DNA of 64,000 bases, taken from contig JAYWIR010000007.1 in assembly GCA_036172245.1 (NCBI GenBank), forward strand, positions 496,001-560,000, given 5' to 3'. Origin of the DNA: Raillietiella orientalis (lineage: Eukaryota). The notes under the pieces were generated by a model that was given only the letters and a program-made list of their open reading frames with translations, did not search any database and was not told the DNA's origin. Both the position numbers and the translations under genes were made by a program. Below, one piece after another: positions 1 to 13,200 of the stretch; position 1 is the first letter of the stretch; each line of letters starts with the position of its first letter.

Positions 1-3000
1 CGCCGTCGTCGCCCCCCGAGGGCACGCGTCCTGATACGGGAATAAGGCCGGCCGCCGTCGCTCTGTGCCGACTGGAAGGGAGCGGAAGCTCCGTGTCCCA
101 GGACGGACGGGAAGTGCCGGGTGCTTGTCGCGTGCGATCCCGACGAATTCACGCGCGCATCCCTTCCCCCTCGAGTGCGCACGCGGTCGTTGGGCTCACC
201 TCCGCATTCTGCTGCGACTGGAGAGCGGCAGTGGTCGCCGCCGCGTTGTGAACGAGGCGAGTGGGCCGTCTCTGAGATCTCTTCCGAGCCGAGATGGTTG
301 GCAAGCAGGAAGGACCAGGCTTCCTGAGTCCTGCCGGCCTTGACTGCGACCCCGTTTGTGGGTGGTCCTAGGGACTGACTCTCGCCTTGACCATCTCCGC
401 CGTCTCCCTGATCCGGCTCTGGCTCTGGCTCCAGGATGCCTTGCGGACGATGTCCTTTCCGTTTCCTGGAATCAGCAGCCTCTGCTATCGGCGACTCGTC
501 TTCAGTCGTGGTGGATCTGTGCCAGGCCTCACTGTCACTCCCGGAGGCGTCGGCAGAAGCAGAGCGACCCCGCTTATTGGCTCAACGCCAGTCGTCGGGA
601 GCTCCCCCGGGTGCAGCCCTCCGGTGGTGTGAGGCCCCTCTTAGAAACGTCGTGAGTTCCACGTCCGGGGTCCTGAGAATTCCGAGAATCTGAAAGGGAC
701 GCGTCCGGTGTCGAGAGTTCTGGACCAGCACGGCTGTTGTCCTTCCCCTCGTGGATCTGCGTGAGCGCGCAAGTCGAACCCTTACACTTGGCCTCCCCTG
801 GTCAGCCGGCGTCAGGCAGACCCCACGAACTTGTGGAACGATGGCGTGAGCGCGAATGGAGCATTGGCATGCTTCTGCCTTTTCCCTGTCTCAGGGAGGT
901 CAATCTGAGCGCCTCCATCGAACGACCGCTCGCCCACGGTGCTCTTTCAAGCAACACCTCTTCTGAAGAGGGAAGGAGTCCTCTCCCGCCGACCCACCCT
1001 CGGGATCTTCTGAGTGGATCCTGGTGCGGTTCGCTTCCGAAAGGCGTTCGGGCTGGATGCATCTGGGTGTGAGATGCTGCTGTGTTCCCTTGCACTCGGG
1101 ATTGTGCTCTGCATGCTCCCGGGTCGCCGAACTTTTCCTTGACTTCCTCTCGTGAGTGGCCTGGATTTCGGCGCTCAGAGTTGCGTTGCTGCCGCTATGC
1201 TGCCGCTGTTGTCATGGTCTCTCTCCCCCTTTCTGCGACTGCTGCCGGAAGAAGTCCCAAGCCAGAGGGTTTTCCTTTGGCGAGGACCTGCCGTCTCTCC
1301 TTCTCAGGAAATGCGGCCGTCTCTTCCGGGATCGAGAAGGGCATCCTTTCGGTCCGCAGACTCCTGCCCTCGGCCCACGAGCCGCTGCCGCTGCTCAACC
1401 GTCGCTCCCGTGGTTTCCGGAACGCGGAGGTGCCGGCGACGTTCCTTGGGGTGTGCTTAACGGTCACTGCTGGATGATCTTGAGGCGAGGTCGGTGACCT
1501 TGGCCGAGAAGACTTTTCTGAAGCGTCGTAGCTGCCTCACGACGATCTAAGCCGCCACCATCCTCTCCGCTCGGGTGTGGCTGTCAAGGCGAAAGGGGAA
1601 GAGGGATAGTCCAGTGTCAGGGCTCCATAAGCCGCTCGGTTGACCACCTCGCGTTGGAGTGTGGTCTGGGTCCCGCGTTCAAGGAACTTGCGACTCCTGG
1701 CGACTAGGGTGCGCCGCGAGGCGTTGCCGGAGAGGTTTCCGGGAACCCTGCAGCATCCTTTCTTCTTCTCTGGGTCCCCATCTAGCCTTCCGGAGCGAAG
1801 TTCCGTGCTCCCAGGGAAACCAGTCTTCGGCAAGTGACTGAGAGGAGCTGCACGCGGGAGAGTCTCGCAGTAGGGCTGGCCGACTGTTGGCGGAAAAGAG
1901 CTGGGAGTAGGTTGCATGCACCCCATCCTCTCACAGATCCCGGGTGGAAAAATTCCGTGTCGATTTCCCCTTTGGCAATGCCGCGCGTTCGTCCTCGCGC
2001 ACCATCCGGCAGCCGGCTCGTGAGGGTGGCGTCGAGTGGTGGGGGTGTCTCGACGCGTTCCCTTCGGCGGCGCGTTTGGTGAACTGGGCGCGCGGCGCAT
2101 GTCCTCGGCTTGAGGCAAGGGGGAGGGGGGGATCGGAGCATACCGGGCTTCCGCCTCGCTCCGTGGGTGGGCGCAGCACGTGGTCCCTCCCCAGCTGTTT
2201 CTCTCTCTCCCCCCTTCCTCTTCCTGATTTTCCTTTAATGCGCCGATAATGCACCCTGAAGCAAAACCGAGCGCCAATACGGAGGGGCGAACAAACAAGC
2301 AAAGGAGTGAGGTGGAGGGGTGATTTCCGCTTTCCAAGACTGCCACTGCTCTCTGGGTGGCAGCAGCGTGCACCGATGAGGGGCGCGGTTTGACTTCCGA
2401 GAGCTTCCAGCGCATGGGGAGGACGAGACTGAGCAGTGCCGCAGACGCTCTCTCGAGCACCCCCTGGCGCTGGGGTACTGCATGCTTCCTCCTTCTCTCA
2501 TCCTCTCCCGCTCGTCTCCCTTGAAAAATGTCTTCCGCATCCGAATTTCCGATGTGCAGACCACGGATGGGGAAAGGGGAAGGAAGGAAAGACATTTCAC
2601 GTCCCGGAAGCCGATCGATCCTATCGGCGTGGCCGCAGCTGGGACTGCTCGTCCGCTGGGAGTGCTCTCGACCCGGGAGGAGGGGGAGGAGGAGGAGGAG
2701 GAAGAGGAAAGAGGGGGGGGACACCGTTCCCGGATGCTGCTGTTTCTTGCGACTGTGCTTTCCTTTCTGTTTGCCGAGGCGCTCCGCCTTTGCACTCTTC
2801 TTGGAAACACCGAAGCGCTCTGATCTCACCGGAATCAATGCGTGACGGCCTCCATCCCCCTCCCTTCTTCTGTCCCCCTGCCGCTGCCGCCGCCTTCTGG
2901 GATGGAGGGAAGGTTGTTTAGACGTAGAAGTCCTCTGGTCGGTTGCGCACTTGAGCGCGCATGGCGCATGCCCCGTCTCCTTCGCACCCGCCGCAGCTTT

Positions 3001-4851
3001 GGGAGAAGGGTGCGAGGATGAGCGAGAAAGAAGGAGGGTGAGGGGCAGTACTCGGGAGAGTGAGGTCCAGATGCCATCCCGCAACCTTTCTTTTCATCTC
3101 CGACTGGCCCGCGAGGTAACCACGCCAGTACCATCTCTTCTTTCCCCACTCCTTTTGGATTTGTCGGAAACGGGCGAGGCGGTCAAGGGAGGGACAGAGG
3201 AGGACTGAAAGGCCTTCTGGGGATCTCAGGCTCCAGGAAGGACCCCCCTGAGCCAGATGGGAAGGGAAGGGGAGCTGTGGAGGTCCGCCTCAGGCAGCCT
3301 GGGAAGGTGAGCGGCGGCAGGAGGCATCGCGCCTTCTGGGGTGCTGCGGTGAGGGTAGCTGTGAGAGGGTAGGGGTTGGCGAAGACACAAGAGCGGATCG
3401 AGGGGAGAGAGCTGCATCCTTCTTGACGATCCCATTTGGCCGGCTTCGAGGAGCCCTTCAGCTCCTCCGAGGTACAGGAGGAGCTCGGATGTTGAGCGGC
3501 GACATCTCCCTGTACCTCCCCGCTACCGGGATCACGTTGCGTCCCTCTTTCCTTCCTCTTCCTCCTCCTTACCTGAGAGTGGTCCGTGCCTCTTCTCTCC
3601 TCGGTGTCGTCTTCGGCCGCTGACCCTTTCCCGATGGTTGTCCTGCTGCGCGCGACCTCGCTGATTGTTCTCCTGGGATATCCTCTACGCCTGCGGTGTC
3701 CGCGATCCAGGAGGAAGGCAACCAGAAGCAGAAAGATCTTCTACACACCTTCGACCCCTAGCGGTACCGTCGGTCCGAAGGTTCCTCTGGGGTCATCGTG
3801 GGGGGGGGGAAGCCTCCCGAATGTGGTGACTCCAAGGTTTCCCTTTGCCCTCACCTCTCAACCTCTCTCCCTCAAGCCTCGAGGGTAGGAACGCGCCTGC
3901 TGAGTCTGCATGGGGGAGGGAGGGGCGAGGTATCCCTCTAGTGAACGTACGTCATGACGTCCCTCGGATTAGGCGCAGGTCTGGATTACGTGGAGTGTTT
4001 CCGGAAACTCCCGTCAGCTGCGAGCACCAATTCCCGTCCTCTGAATGCTGCTCTGGACCCGAAATGTGGATCACCCAGCCGTTTATTCCACTCTTTCCAC
4101 TGTGATCTTTCCTCCTTTCCTCCCCTCTTCTTCCTTCTCCTACTTTCCCGAATCCCGTTCACCTGTTACGACTTCGCCCCGATACGATGAGAACGTCGCG
4201 ACGCGGGAGAGGAGGAGGAGGAGGACGGAGGGTGCGGCAGCCACGCTGCCACCTGCTTCCCGGGGAACCGTTAGGGAACGGGTGAAGATAGCGGAGGGGA
4301 AGAGAGCAGCGAGCCTGATAGGGGACGGTGCCGGCTCCCGTCTTCTCCCAGAAAGCCGTGGCTCTCGGAGATGCTGAGCGAAGGCGTCGCTGCTGTTTCT
4401 CACTCCTGCGCCGCCTTCTGCCTAAGGGTATCACCGCTCCCCCTCGCTTTCTCGAAGATCGAGAGGGCGAGGGGGCGAGGAACAGAGGATATCCGACCTC
4501 CTCCGGGCTCCCGGAGCGGACGCAGACCTCCCGCCCCGTCTTTCAGCCGAGGCGGGACCTTTCGTGCGCGTCTGCCATCTGCCGGGATGTTCTCAATTGC
4601 CCCCCTTTCAGATCCTTTAGCTTTAGGGACTCATATTTCCTTGTCCTTGGCCGGTCGAAAGCCCCTTCCGTGACAAGCAAAGAAGAGACGGTCTCCATGG
4701 GGAGGGAGGAAAATTTCCGCTTCTTCCCTTAGTCCCCTTCCGCTTTCGCTGCACTCGGTCCTGGATCTCCGTGGCAGTCGCATCTGATTCCTCCCCTCCG
4801 GTGTCTTCGCAGATTCTCCCGGAGGTGCGCCGCCTATCCTCGCTTTCTGGA

Positions 4852-7800
4852 ATGTCCGTCCCTCCCAAAGTGGGGGACGCGGCTGCTGCTGCTGAGGAGC
4901 TGCCTTCCCGGAATGTGTCTGTGCCCGTGGGACCCGTCTTCCAGCCGGAAGCCGTCGTTGCCATATCATGTCTCTACGCCTTCGTCTTCGTCACTGGAAC
5001 CGTCGGCAACGCCATGGTCGCCCTGGTGACCTTCTCCAACAGGGACATGCGCACCTCCACCAACATCTTCCTGGCCAACCTCAGCATCGCCGACCTGCTG
5101 GTCATGTTCACTTGTCTGCCCACAGCCTTCCTGGAGCTCCACTCGCGACCGGAAGTCTGGAGCATGGGCGAGCTTCTGTGTAAGCTAGGAAGGGTTGCTT
5201 CGTCTCTTGCTCCCCCCGGGAACGCTGCCCACTTCTCGGAGCTGCGTGCTTCTTGCAGGGGAAGCGCCTTCGCAATGTCCCCCGTTCTGGACTCTCCTCT
5301 CAGAGAGCAGTAAAGCAGGAACTGGGGGGCAGGGTCTTGCTGGACCTGGGCTCCGCAGGAGAAAAAGAAGCAACTGAGGAGGGAGAGGAGAGTGAGAGAA
5401 GTGCACGCAGCAGCAACGCCGCCTGCGAGATGCTCCTCTTACTCAATCCAGCCCTTGGAGGGATTCTTCGCCGTCTTCCTCCTTTTTCCCGCCGGACAGT
5501 CTCATTCCTTCCAGGAGGACGCGCTGCGAGCAGTGTCTCGCCTTCGCAGCCCGCAGTTCGCTCCTTGGACCGGACGGGGCCCTCTCAGCCCTCGCAAGGA
5601 AGGGATGTTCTGTGCTTTTCAAATATTCCGCCAGAGGCCCCCGTCCCCTGTTGGCTCGGGCTCGGCCGCTGGACTTCAATGACCTTCAGGAAATGCTGTG
5701 TGGTCGTCTCAGCCACCCAGAGACAGTCTGACGGGTCCGAGGCTGGGACTGCGGGGGGAATCATCTCCTCCCATGTCCCTCCTATTCCTTCTCGCTCCAT
5801 CCGGGATGCTTCCAAGACGCCTTCCTGGGAAGGGGGACTCCATTGAAAAGCGTTCTCACCAATCAGCCGTGCCCCTTCTGGACTCCATAAGAGGGGACGT
5901 CCCTTTTTCCTTTCGCAGAAAAGAAAAAAAAAAAAAAAAAACCTGTCTTCGGAGGCCACCAAAATCCTGCTGATCTTTCTCTTGCCTCTCCGCGCTCCAG
6001 CCGGTATCTGGACAGCGCCCTCTGTCTCTGCTCTCCCTCCGGCGGCTCCGCGATCGATCCCGGGCGGACTTCCTGTCCTGTTGTCCCTCTGTTTGGGTGT
6101 GATGCTCAAGCGCACCCACTGCCCTTGCAGGCCGCATCATCCCGTTCGTGGAGCTGCTGGCGCCACACGCCTCCGTGCTGACCATCGTCGCCATCACCTT
6201 CGAGAGGTACTACGCCGTGCTGACCCCTCTTCAGGCAAAGGTCCGCAGGTTGACGCAGTGGCAGACGTTCACTCTGACCGTCGCCATCTGGTGTCTGTCC
6301 GGCTCGCTGACAGGGTGAGTCTCTGCGGGGCCCCTCACTGCTCCCGCACGCGCGTGGGGAGCGCTGGTCGGTGGAGAAGGGGGGGGTCGCGCGATTCCCC
6401 GCCGTCCCAGGCCAATTCTGGGGATCGCCGTGTACAACCCGCGGACGCACTTCCTCGACGGGAGCGAGGCTCCCTCCTGCTACACTCCCATCGAGTCCTT
6501 CTGGCAGAAGTTCTACTTCATGTCGATGCTGACCCTCTTCTACACGCTGCCCTTCGCCATCCTGGCTGTGCTGTATGCCAAAATCGGGCGCAGTCTGCTG
6601 AGGCGGCGGGGTGACGAGGTCGGCAACTCCTGCCAGCTACTCCGCAGCCGGCGCCAGGTCGTGGCCATGCTGGCCGTCGTCGTGCTCGTCTTCTTCCTGT
6701 GCCTGCTGCCCTACAAATGCCTCACCGTCTGGATCATGGTGAGTGCGTGGGAAAGGGACTGCCCGTACGCGGGGGGAGGAGGTGGAGAGGAGCAGGGACC
6801 GAGTCCACCGGCCGCGTCCACCTTTCCTACCTATCGGCAGCCACTGCCTTCCATGTCGCGCCGACCGCCACCCCATGCTCAGCCGCCTCCCAGGCGAAGG
6901 CGGGCCTCTGCCTGCCGCCGCATCCCTTCTCAGCTGTTGTTGGTTCCTCTGGCTTTCCTACGACGGAGACGCGCGCCTCCCGAATGGATCACTCTCCCAG
7001 TGCGTCGAGACCTTTCGCTTGGCTCGGCCTTCCTGAAAGGCACGGCGCTCCCCTCTCGCGCGCCAGCCCTTCTTGCTTCTTGCCCGGTGCCCGTGCCGGC
7101 GCAACGCGCTCCTCGGCGACGCGCCGTCGTCCAGCGGCTTCCGGACAGGGGAGCCACGGTGCGCAGGCGACACGTTTGCCCAGCCTTCCAAATCCCCTGT
7201 ACCCGCATCAGCGCACCTGAGCGCGACTTCCCCCCCGTCAAGGGTGCTCCAGAGCAGGGAGGAAAGAGGAGAAACCGAGTGGAGGGAAGAGCTGCAAGAA
7301 CAAAGAGACAAACAAAGCAAACACTGCGAGGGAAAGCACCGCGGTTACGTTTATTTAGGCGTCTGGAGAGTGGGCGTCCCTTGCAGCATCCGGAGCAGCA
7401 GTGAGAGCCAATGGAAATTGAATTTCTTGGACGGCTCGAATAAACATTTGTTTTCCGAATGATTTCTGCAACTGAGTCCGTGTTCACGTGATTCATATTA
7501 GAAATCTCATTAGTGTACGTGATCTAAGATTCCGGATGTGTACACCCACGAGCCAGATTAATGATCCAAGGGCTGATTAAAAGTCATTCCCGCTATAAGA
7601 GATACATTCGTTTCCAACCACGAAGACGATCGACAGGAAAAAGGGGAAAAAAAGGAAGGAGAGAAACGGATCTTGGAAAGTTCGAGAAAGAGGAATCGAG
7701 GAGCTCGCAGAGTTCGGAGGAACGGAGCAGGAAACGAATCGCGCAGGACGATCGCAGAGCGCGAGCCCGGAAGCGAAGTGTCCGTTGGTTTTGCCAATCG

Positions 7801-8910
7801 CCTAGCCACGGCCGTCGAAGAGAGCCGGCGCGTCGGAAGGCGGGGGAGGAAGAGGCCGGTGGTTTTGTCCCGGGACTAATTGACCGTGACCCGGCGGCAA
7901 TAAATCACAGGTAAGCAGCCGGGCTGATCGACACGTTTCCGATCCATTAGCGACTGACGCAAGAGGAAGAGGAAGCAAACGAACAGCCGCGGTCTCCGAA
8001 GTGATTTGTCCCGTCTGTCGGTGGAGGAAGAGGCTTACGGAGAGGAGATTCACCCGCTCCGCGCGAGGCTTCTTCCTCCGTCGTTGCCCGGCGACTTGCT
8101 TTGAATGCGGGGATGCGACGGAGACAGACGCGGTTCGGGCGCCATCTGGACGACATCGCGGCGCATCTGCCACCCCTGCCGCTGCTGCAGCCGCCTTGTC
8201 GTCCTTGCCGATGAACTTTTCCTTTCCTTCTTTGCGACCTGTCATCGATCTCTTTTTCGGACGAGCGCGCGATCGGTTCCGCGCCCCGGTTCCCTGACAC
8301 CTTCTCCTCCACCGGGCCCCTGCACGGCTAGCGCGACGCTGGCGGCAGCACGCCTGCGCTCACCAGGAGCACTCTCTTCCAGGTGGCGAAGGAGGAGGAG
8401 CTGGGCAGCCTGGGGTCCCGGAAGTTTCACTCCATCTTGCACTTCTGCCGCCTGATGACGTACGCCAACTCGGTGGCGAACCCCCTCATCTACAACGCCA
8501 TGTCTTCCAAATTCCGGAAGGAGTTCCGCAGGATCTGCTCGCGCGCCCACGCCTCGGGAAGGTTCGACGTCTCCGGGAACGACTCATCCTACCGCACCCT
8601 CTCGACGAGCACCATTGCTCCCCTCCAGCGGCGGCGCGCGCCAGCGCTGCGCCTTCACACGGATCAGGACATGTCCTCGCGGTGCAAGGCCGTCGACGCC
8701 GACTGGGACGGGGAAGCAGCCGTGCCATTCCTGCCCTCCGGCGACGGTGCTGAGCTCCTCTTCCTCGACGACTTTTCCGGGAAACTGGGCCGCAGGGATC
8801 GCCCCGACCCAGGGACGAACGGGCTCTCCGGCGGCGAACTCGGCGGGGTGGGCGCCGCGACCTTTCCGTCTCGCACCTGCCACCGGGACGCGTTCCTCGG
8901 GACGAGGTAG
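4852..8910 (+). CDS. ETHR: ETH receptor-like (GHSR/TRHR-related) class A GPCR, paralog 1; join(4852..5179,6131..6314,6411..6738,8383..8910), ~455 aa
   Basis: Four exons join in frame via GT-AG introns (phases 1, 2, 0). 7TM motifs: GN (TM1), RTSTNIFLANLSIADLLV (TM2), CRIIPFVEL...HASVLTIVAITFERYYAV (TM3), ECL2 Cys, RRQVVAMLAVVVLVFFLCLLPYK (TM6), NSVANPLIYNAMSSKFR (TM7/helix 8). AATAAA at 9274. ETHR call is from recalled motif similarity; the start codon is uncertain. Confidence 0.85.
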
Positions 8911-10254
8911 GAGACGTAGGAGGCACGCGTTCCTGTCCCTCAACTCCTGCTCCCTTTGCGTCGCCTCCCCCCTACAAAGTTCCATATTCTGGAGCCACTG
9001 GCCCAGAAAGGACGGCCTCCATCCTTGGCGCATGACTGTTTCCTTCCGTCTCTTTTGCCACTGCCCCTTGCCCCCTTTCCTTACTCCAATCAGCAGTGTT
9101 CGTTGGCGCCCTACACTAGGACGCCGCAGACAGGAGCTCGGTGGACGGTCAGCTCCTCGATGCCTAGATCTCCAGGAGACCACCGCCAGGGGGTTCCCGA
9201 TTCGGCATAGCGGAAGATCGTCTTCCTCTGTGAGGGACACCGCGAAGGATGCCGCCCCTCCCGCTACTCGACCAATAAACCAGAGAGGTCATCCTTCCAC
9301 CCAGGGAGGCTCGACTGGAGGGCGGCGCCGTTGCCAGACCTTGTAGCAACGTTCATGAAGCAGCAGTCGCAAGGGAAGGGGTAGGGGAGGAGGGGAAGGA
9401 AGGGGAACGCCGGGCAGGGGAGGAAAGGTCGCGAGCCTCGAAGAGGACGTGGCGGCGGCTCCGACTCGAACGCCTGGAGGGGCGCGTGCTCAGGCTAGTC
9501 CGGGTGCCTCCAGAAGAGCCTCTGAAGGGTGGCCCCGGGTCCCAGAAGCTTTCCCGTTGCTCTGAGAAAGGGCAGGCAGCAGGACGACGTTCCCGTGGCC
9601 AGTGGTCCTCTCTTCCTACTCGAGCGAGCGGGAGACGCGAAAACACGGGGTGATGAGCTGCCTGATCTCCTTCCCTGTTCCCGAGAACACTGAGCCAGTT
9701 CCCGCGGAGACACGGGGAGGGAGCGCTGCCTTCCAACAGAAGTGCCTGTCGCTGCTCTTTCCGAGAACGAGGACGCCATCTTCCCTCATTCCGCGTTGGG
9801 GAGGTCCATTTGCAGGTCCGGGATCTTTGAGTCTCATCGCCTCCTATCCCTCACCAAGAGATAGGAGAAGGACTTATTTCCTTCCAGAGAGGAGTCCCTG
9901 GGATTAAGGCGCGAATATCCTGAGTTGAGCTGTCGCTTCCACCCCTCTTTCTCCCGCTCCCTCGAATGGACGTCCCGCCGCGGCGTGTCGTGGGCTTTTC
10001 CTTGGTTCAACCTCTCCGGGGGTTCTCTCGGCTCTATTTCGGGGAACAGAACGCTTTTTCGCTCTAAGAGGGCCCTCTTCTCGCCCTTCCTTCCCTCCGT
10101 TAGCCGTCGACTGGACCTTCTGCGAGGCTCTTTATTTGCCGCCCTCGGCAGCAGCGCCGCAGTTGACTTCTCTCCTGGAGCTGCCTGCCCGGCAGGGGCA
10201 CCTCGCCCCATGATACGCAAATCGTCCGGGGGGGCAAGGGATCTCCACGTCTCA

Positions 10255-13200
10255 TCACTGGCTGCGGCTGTTGCCAGTGACGCAGGAGGTGGAGACCGCG
10301 GTGGTGTGGGTGGAAGAGGTGTTGGAAATGGTGACGGTGGTGACGGCGGATGCGTTGCGGATGCCTCCGCCAGAGGGAGTTCCTCCGTGTTGCGAGGCCG
10401 CGGACCCGGACGGGAGGAAGACCCGTCGGAAACCGGCCCGGAACTTTGTGGACATGGCACTGTAGACAAGCGGGTTGACGGCGGAGTTCATCTGCAGCAT
10501 CAGGCGCGCCAGGAACACGCACGTAAGGAAGAACTCCTGGGAAGGCAACACCGGCAGGAGATCCAGCACGGAGATGCAGACGATGAGGAGTTTGAAGGGC
10601 AGGTGGAAGAGGAAGAAGAGGAAGATGACGACGGCCAGCATGCGCACCACGCGGCGGCGACCGCGGGCCTTGGATTTGCGCCCGATGCGTGGCTCGTCCA
10701 GCAGGCGCCGGACGATTTTGCGGTAGACGAGGGAGCTGAAGACCACGGGAGCGACGTAGAAGAGCAGAAGCGCCCCGTAGTGGTACAGTTTCTCAGAGAG
10801 GCTGTCGATGTGCGTGTCGCAGGTGGGGCGAAAGCTCGCGTCTGTGAACTCCTGCGTGGGGTTGAACTCGGTGATGAGCACCACGGGCCTGCAAGCGACA
10901 GGAAAGAGGAGGTTCGTGGGTCTCTCAGACTTGCACGGATAAGGGGATGGACGCTGGGAGGAAGGAATCGCCTCTCGCTTGCTTCCTTCCTCCTCCCCCT
11001 TCGTTTCCTCCCTCAGGAGCGCGGGGAGAAGGGCGCGTTCGCATCGCCCACTCACCCAGAGAAGGCGGCTGCGCACGCCCAGATGGCCAGTACGGCCGCT
11101 ACAGCCCGCCGCCTCGAGATTTGCAGCGTCGCCCTCAAGGGGTGGACGATGGCGTAGTAGCGCTCTAGGCTGATGGCGATGACCGTCAGGACCGATGCGT
11201 TGGCCACGAAGGTCTCCAGGAACGACAGCAGGTAGCCTAGAAGGGTGAAGGCTAGAGGAAAGGGGACAGGAGGGAACCATTCCTTCCCTCTTCCCTCTTT
11301 CCCTACGCGCTTTCTGGAGAACCGCATTTGCTCACTGAAGACAGGAAATTGAGTACCGTCCCTCTAGGAGACGCTTGCCCATCTAACTTGCCTGGAGTGG
11401 ATCCTTTTCTTTCTCTCCTGAACCTCCTCCGCTCCGTCTCCTCCACTATCCTCCTCATCCCATTCCCAAGCGGGACCCAAGGGGCTTTCATTCCTTTCCG
11501 GACACTCTCCTTCCCTCCATCCCTTCCTGCGACACTAATAAACGTCTCCCGGGGCGACGAGCCACCGGCGGACGTGCTGCGCCGGGCGAACCAGCGTGGT
11601 GCGCGCCCGCCTTTCCAGGATTCAGAGAAACGTAAGAGGAAGGACAGCGGACCTTCCCTTGCCCTTCTTCCTCTACAAAGGAGGGGATCGAAAGGCAGCC
11701 GATGGGAAGACCCCCACACACATGCACCCTTCTCAGGCAAGGCGCCCTTTGGAGTGGGCGAGCAGACTCCAGAAGGCACTTCTCGGGAGGGGCGAACGTC
11801 TTCCTGTACCAACCCTATCCCCTTCGGGGATGTGCGACAGTGACCTCTGCAACACACTACTTTTCTGCAGAACCCCCGTCGGGAAGACGACCTTCGCTCT
11901 CTGCTTTCCCGGCTGGCAGTGAGGGGTGACTAGGGAAGAATCTGCGTCTTCCTTCCTAGGGCGGCATCTCGAGAGCGGAAGGTCTCCCTTGCGCATCGCC
12001 TCTGCCTCTGGACCTCGGCGGGCCAGCCCAAAGGCAGAGCACGGTCGACGGTCGCGCAATCCCGCTGGATTCGGAGACGAGGAGCTCCAGGAGAAGAGAC
12101 TCGGTCCAGCTCCGGTGTGTCAGCAGCAGTTCACGCTCTGCCGCACGAATCCTGACCAGGAGAATTCGTCGTGAAAGTCAACCCCGGAGCGACAAGCGGT
12201 AAATTCGATTGATGGCACAGGCAGCAAAGGGCCAGGCCGGTCGGTCGCGTTTCGGAGAAAAGCGGAAGCTGAGAGGGGGAGAGACCTCTAAGAGGAAGGA
12301 CCTCTGATAATCCTGGAGCTGATGGAGATCGCAAGGAGGAGAGGGTAGCAGAGCTGGTGGAGACGTAGGCTTGGATGTCCGTAGAAAACACCCAGGGCAG
12401 GAGACTCCTTCAGCTCTCCAGAGGTTGTGACATCACTCCGCTCCAGGGAAGAACCGTCTAGGAGTTCCTCCTCCCTGTAGCGTCAAGCTCACCCCCGTCA
12501 GTAGGAACCGGTTCCCGCGCTGAGCAGAGGGGACAGAAGCAGCCGAGCGAGCCGCGTAACTTCGCCCTCCCTCTTCGAGGGGAGCAGCCGCGGAAGGGGA
12601 AGGCAGTGCTTCTTTCGGAGGGAACGAACGACCTCCTTATCCGAAAAACACTTGATGAACTCGCCCGTTTCCGTTCATAAAACGAGCCACATTGCTGCTG
12701 TCCGCTTGTCAGGTCCGAACTCGCACGGCGGCCCGATTTGCGGCTCGGGTTGGCGTTTCGAGATTCCACCGGCTTCACGGGGGGGTAGGGAAAGCAGAAG
12801 GAGACGTTCCGGATCCTTCGATCCCATCCCTCTTCAGTTTCGTTTCCTCTTCCCTTCCTGAGGGAGGCGTCTGGCTTTTGCTGCGAGCCATACGTTTCAT
12901 AACAGACCAGGGCTTCTTTTTTCGAAACACCGGAGCGGGGAAGAGGAAGAAGAAGAAATGCCTACCGAGCGAAATTCAATTGGCGAGCTGAACTCGCGAG
13001 CGCCAGCGGCTCCTCGAGCGACGCAGACTCTCGGAAGTGAGGAACCGGTGACAAAGAGGCAGCGAGATGCTCGATCCTGCCTTTTTGTCTGCGTTTGACG
13101 TTTTGCCGCGATTTCCGCACGTGGGAAGAAGGCCGAGATGGAAGAGAGTTCGCACGGGGGCGTGCGCCTTACACTCCTGCCGTAGAGAGAGGGGATCGAG

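Noticed and set aside
1..580. Minus-strand frame open from ~580 to the window edge, with splice-like sites near 199 and 72
   Set aside because: Low-complexity translation with no recognisable domain; could belong to a gene extending beyond the window but cannot be supported.
1537..3084. 515-aa minus-strand ORF, and similar long R/P/G/S-rich ORFs (20880-22031, 23165-24400, 32066-33223, 36937-38364)
   Set aside because: Expected from stop-codon scarcity in GC-rich DNA; they run through simple repeats and show no motifs.
3954..3980. HDVPRIRRR, resembling an ETH-type PRXamide peptide near the receptor
   Set aside because: Lacks the amidation Gly and any signal peptide or precursor context; likely chance.
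9925..11157. 410-aa plus-strand ORF
   Set aside because: Antisense shadow of the GC3-rich GPCR-2 exons.
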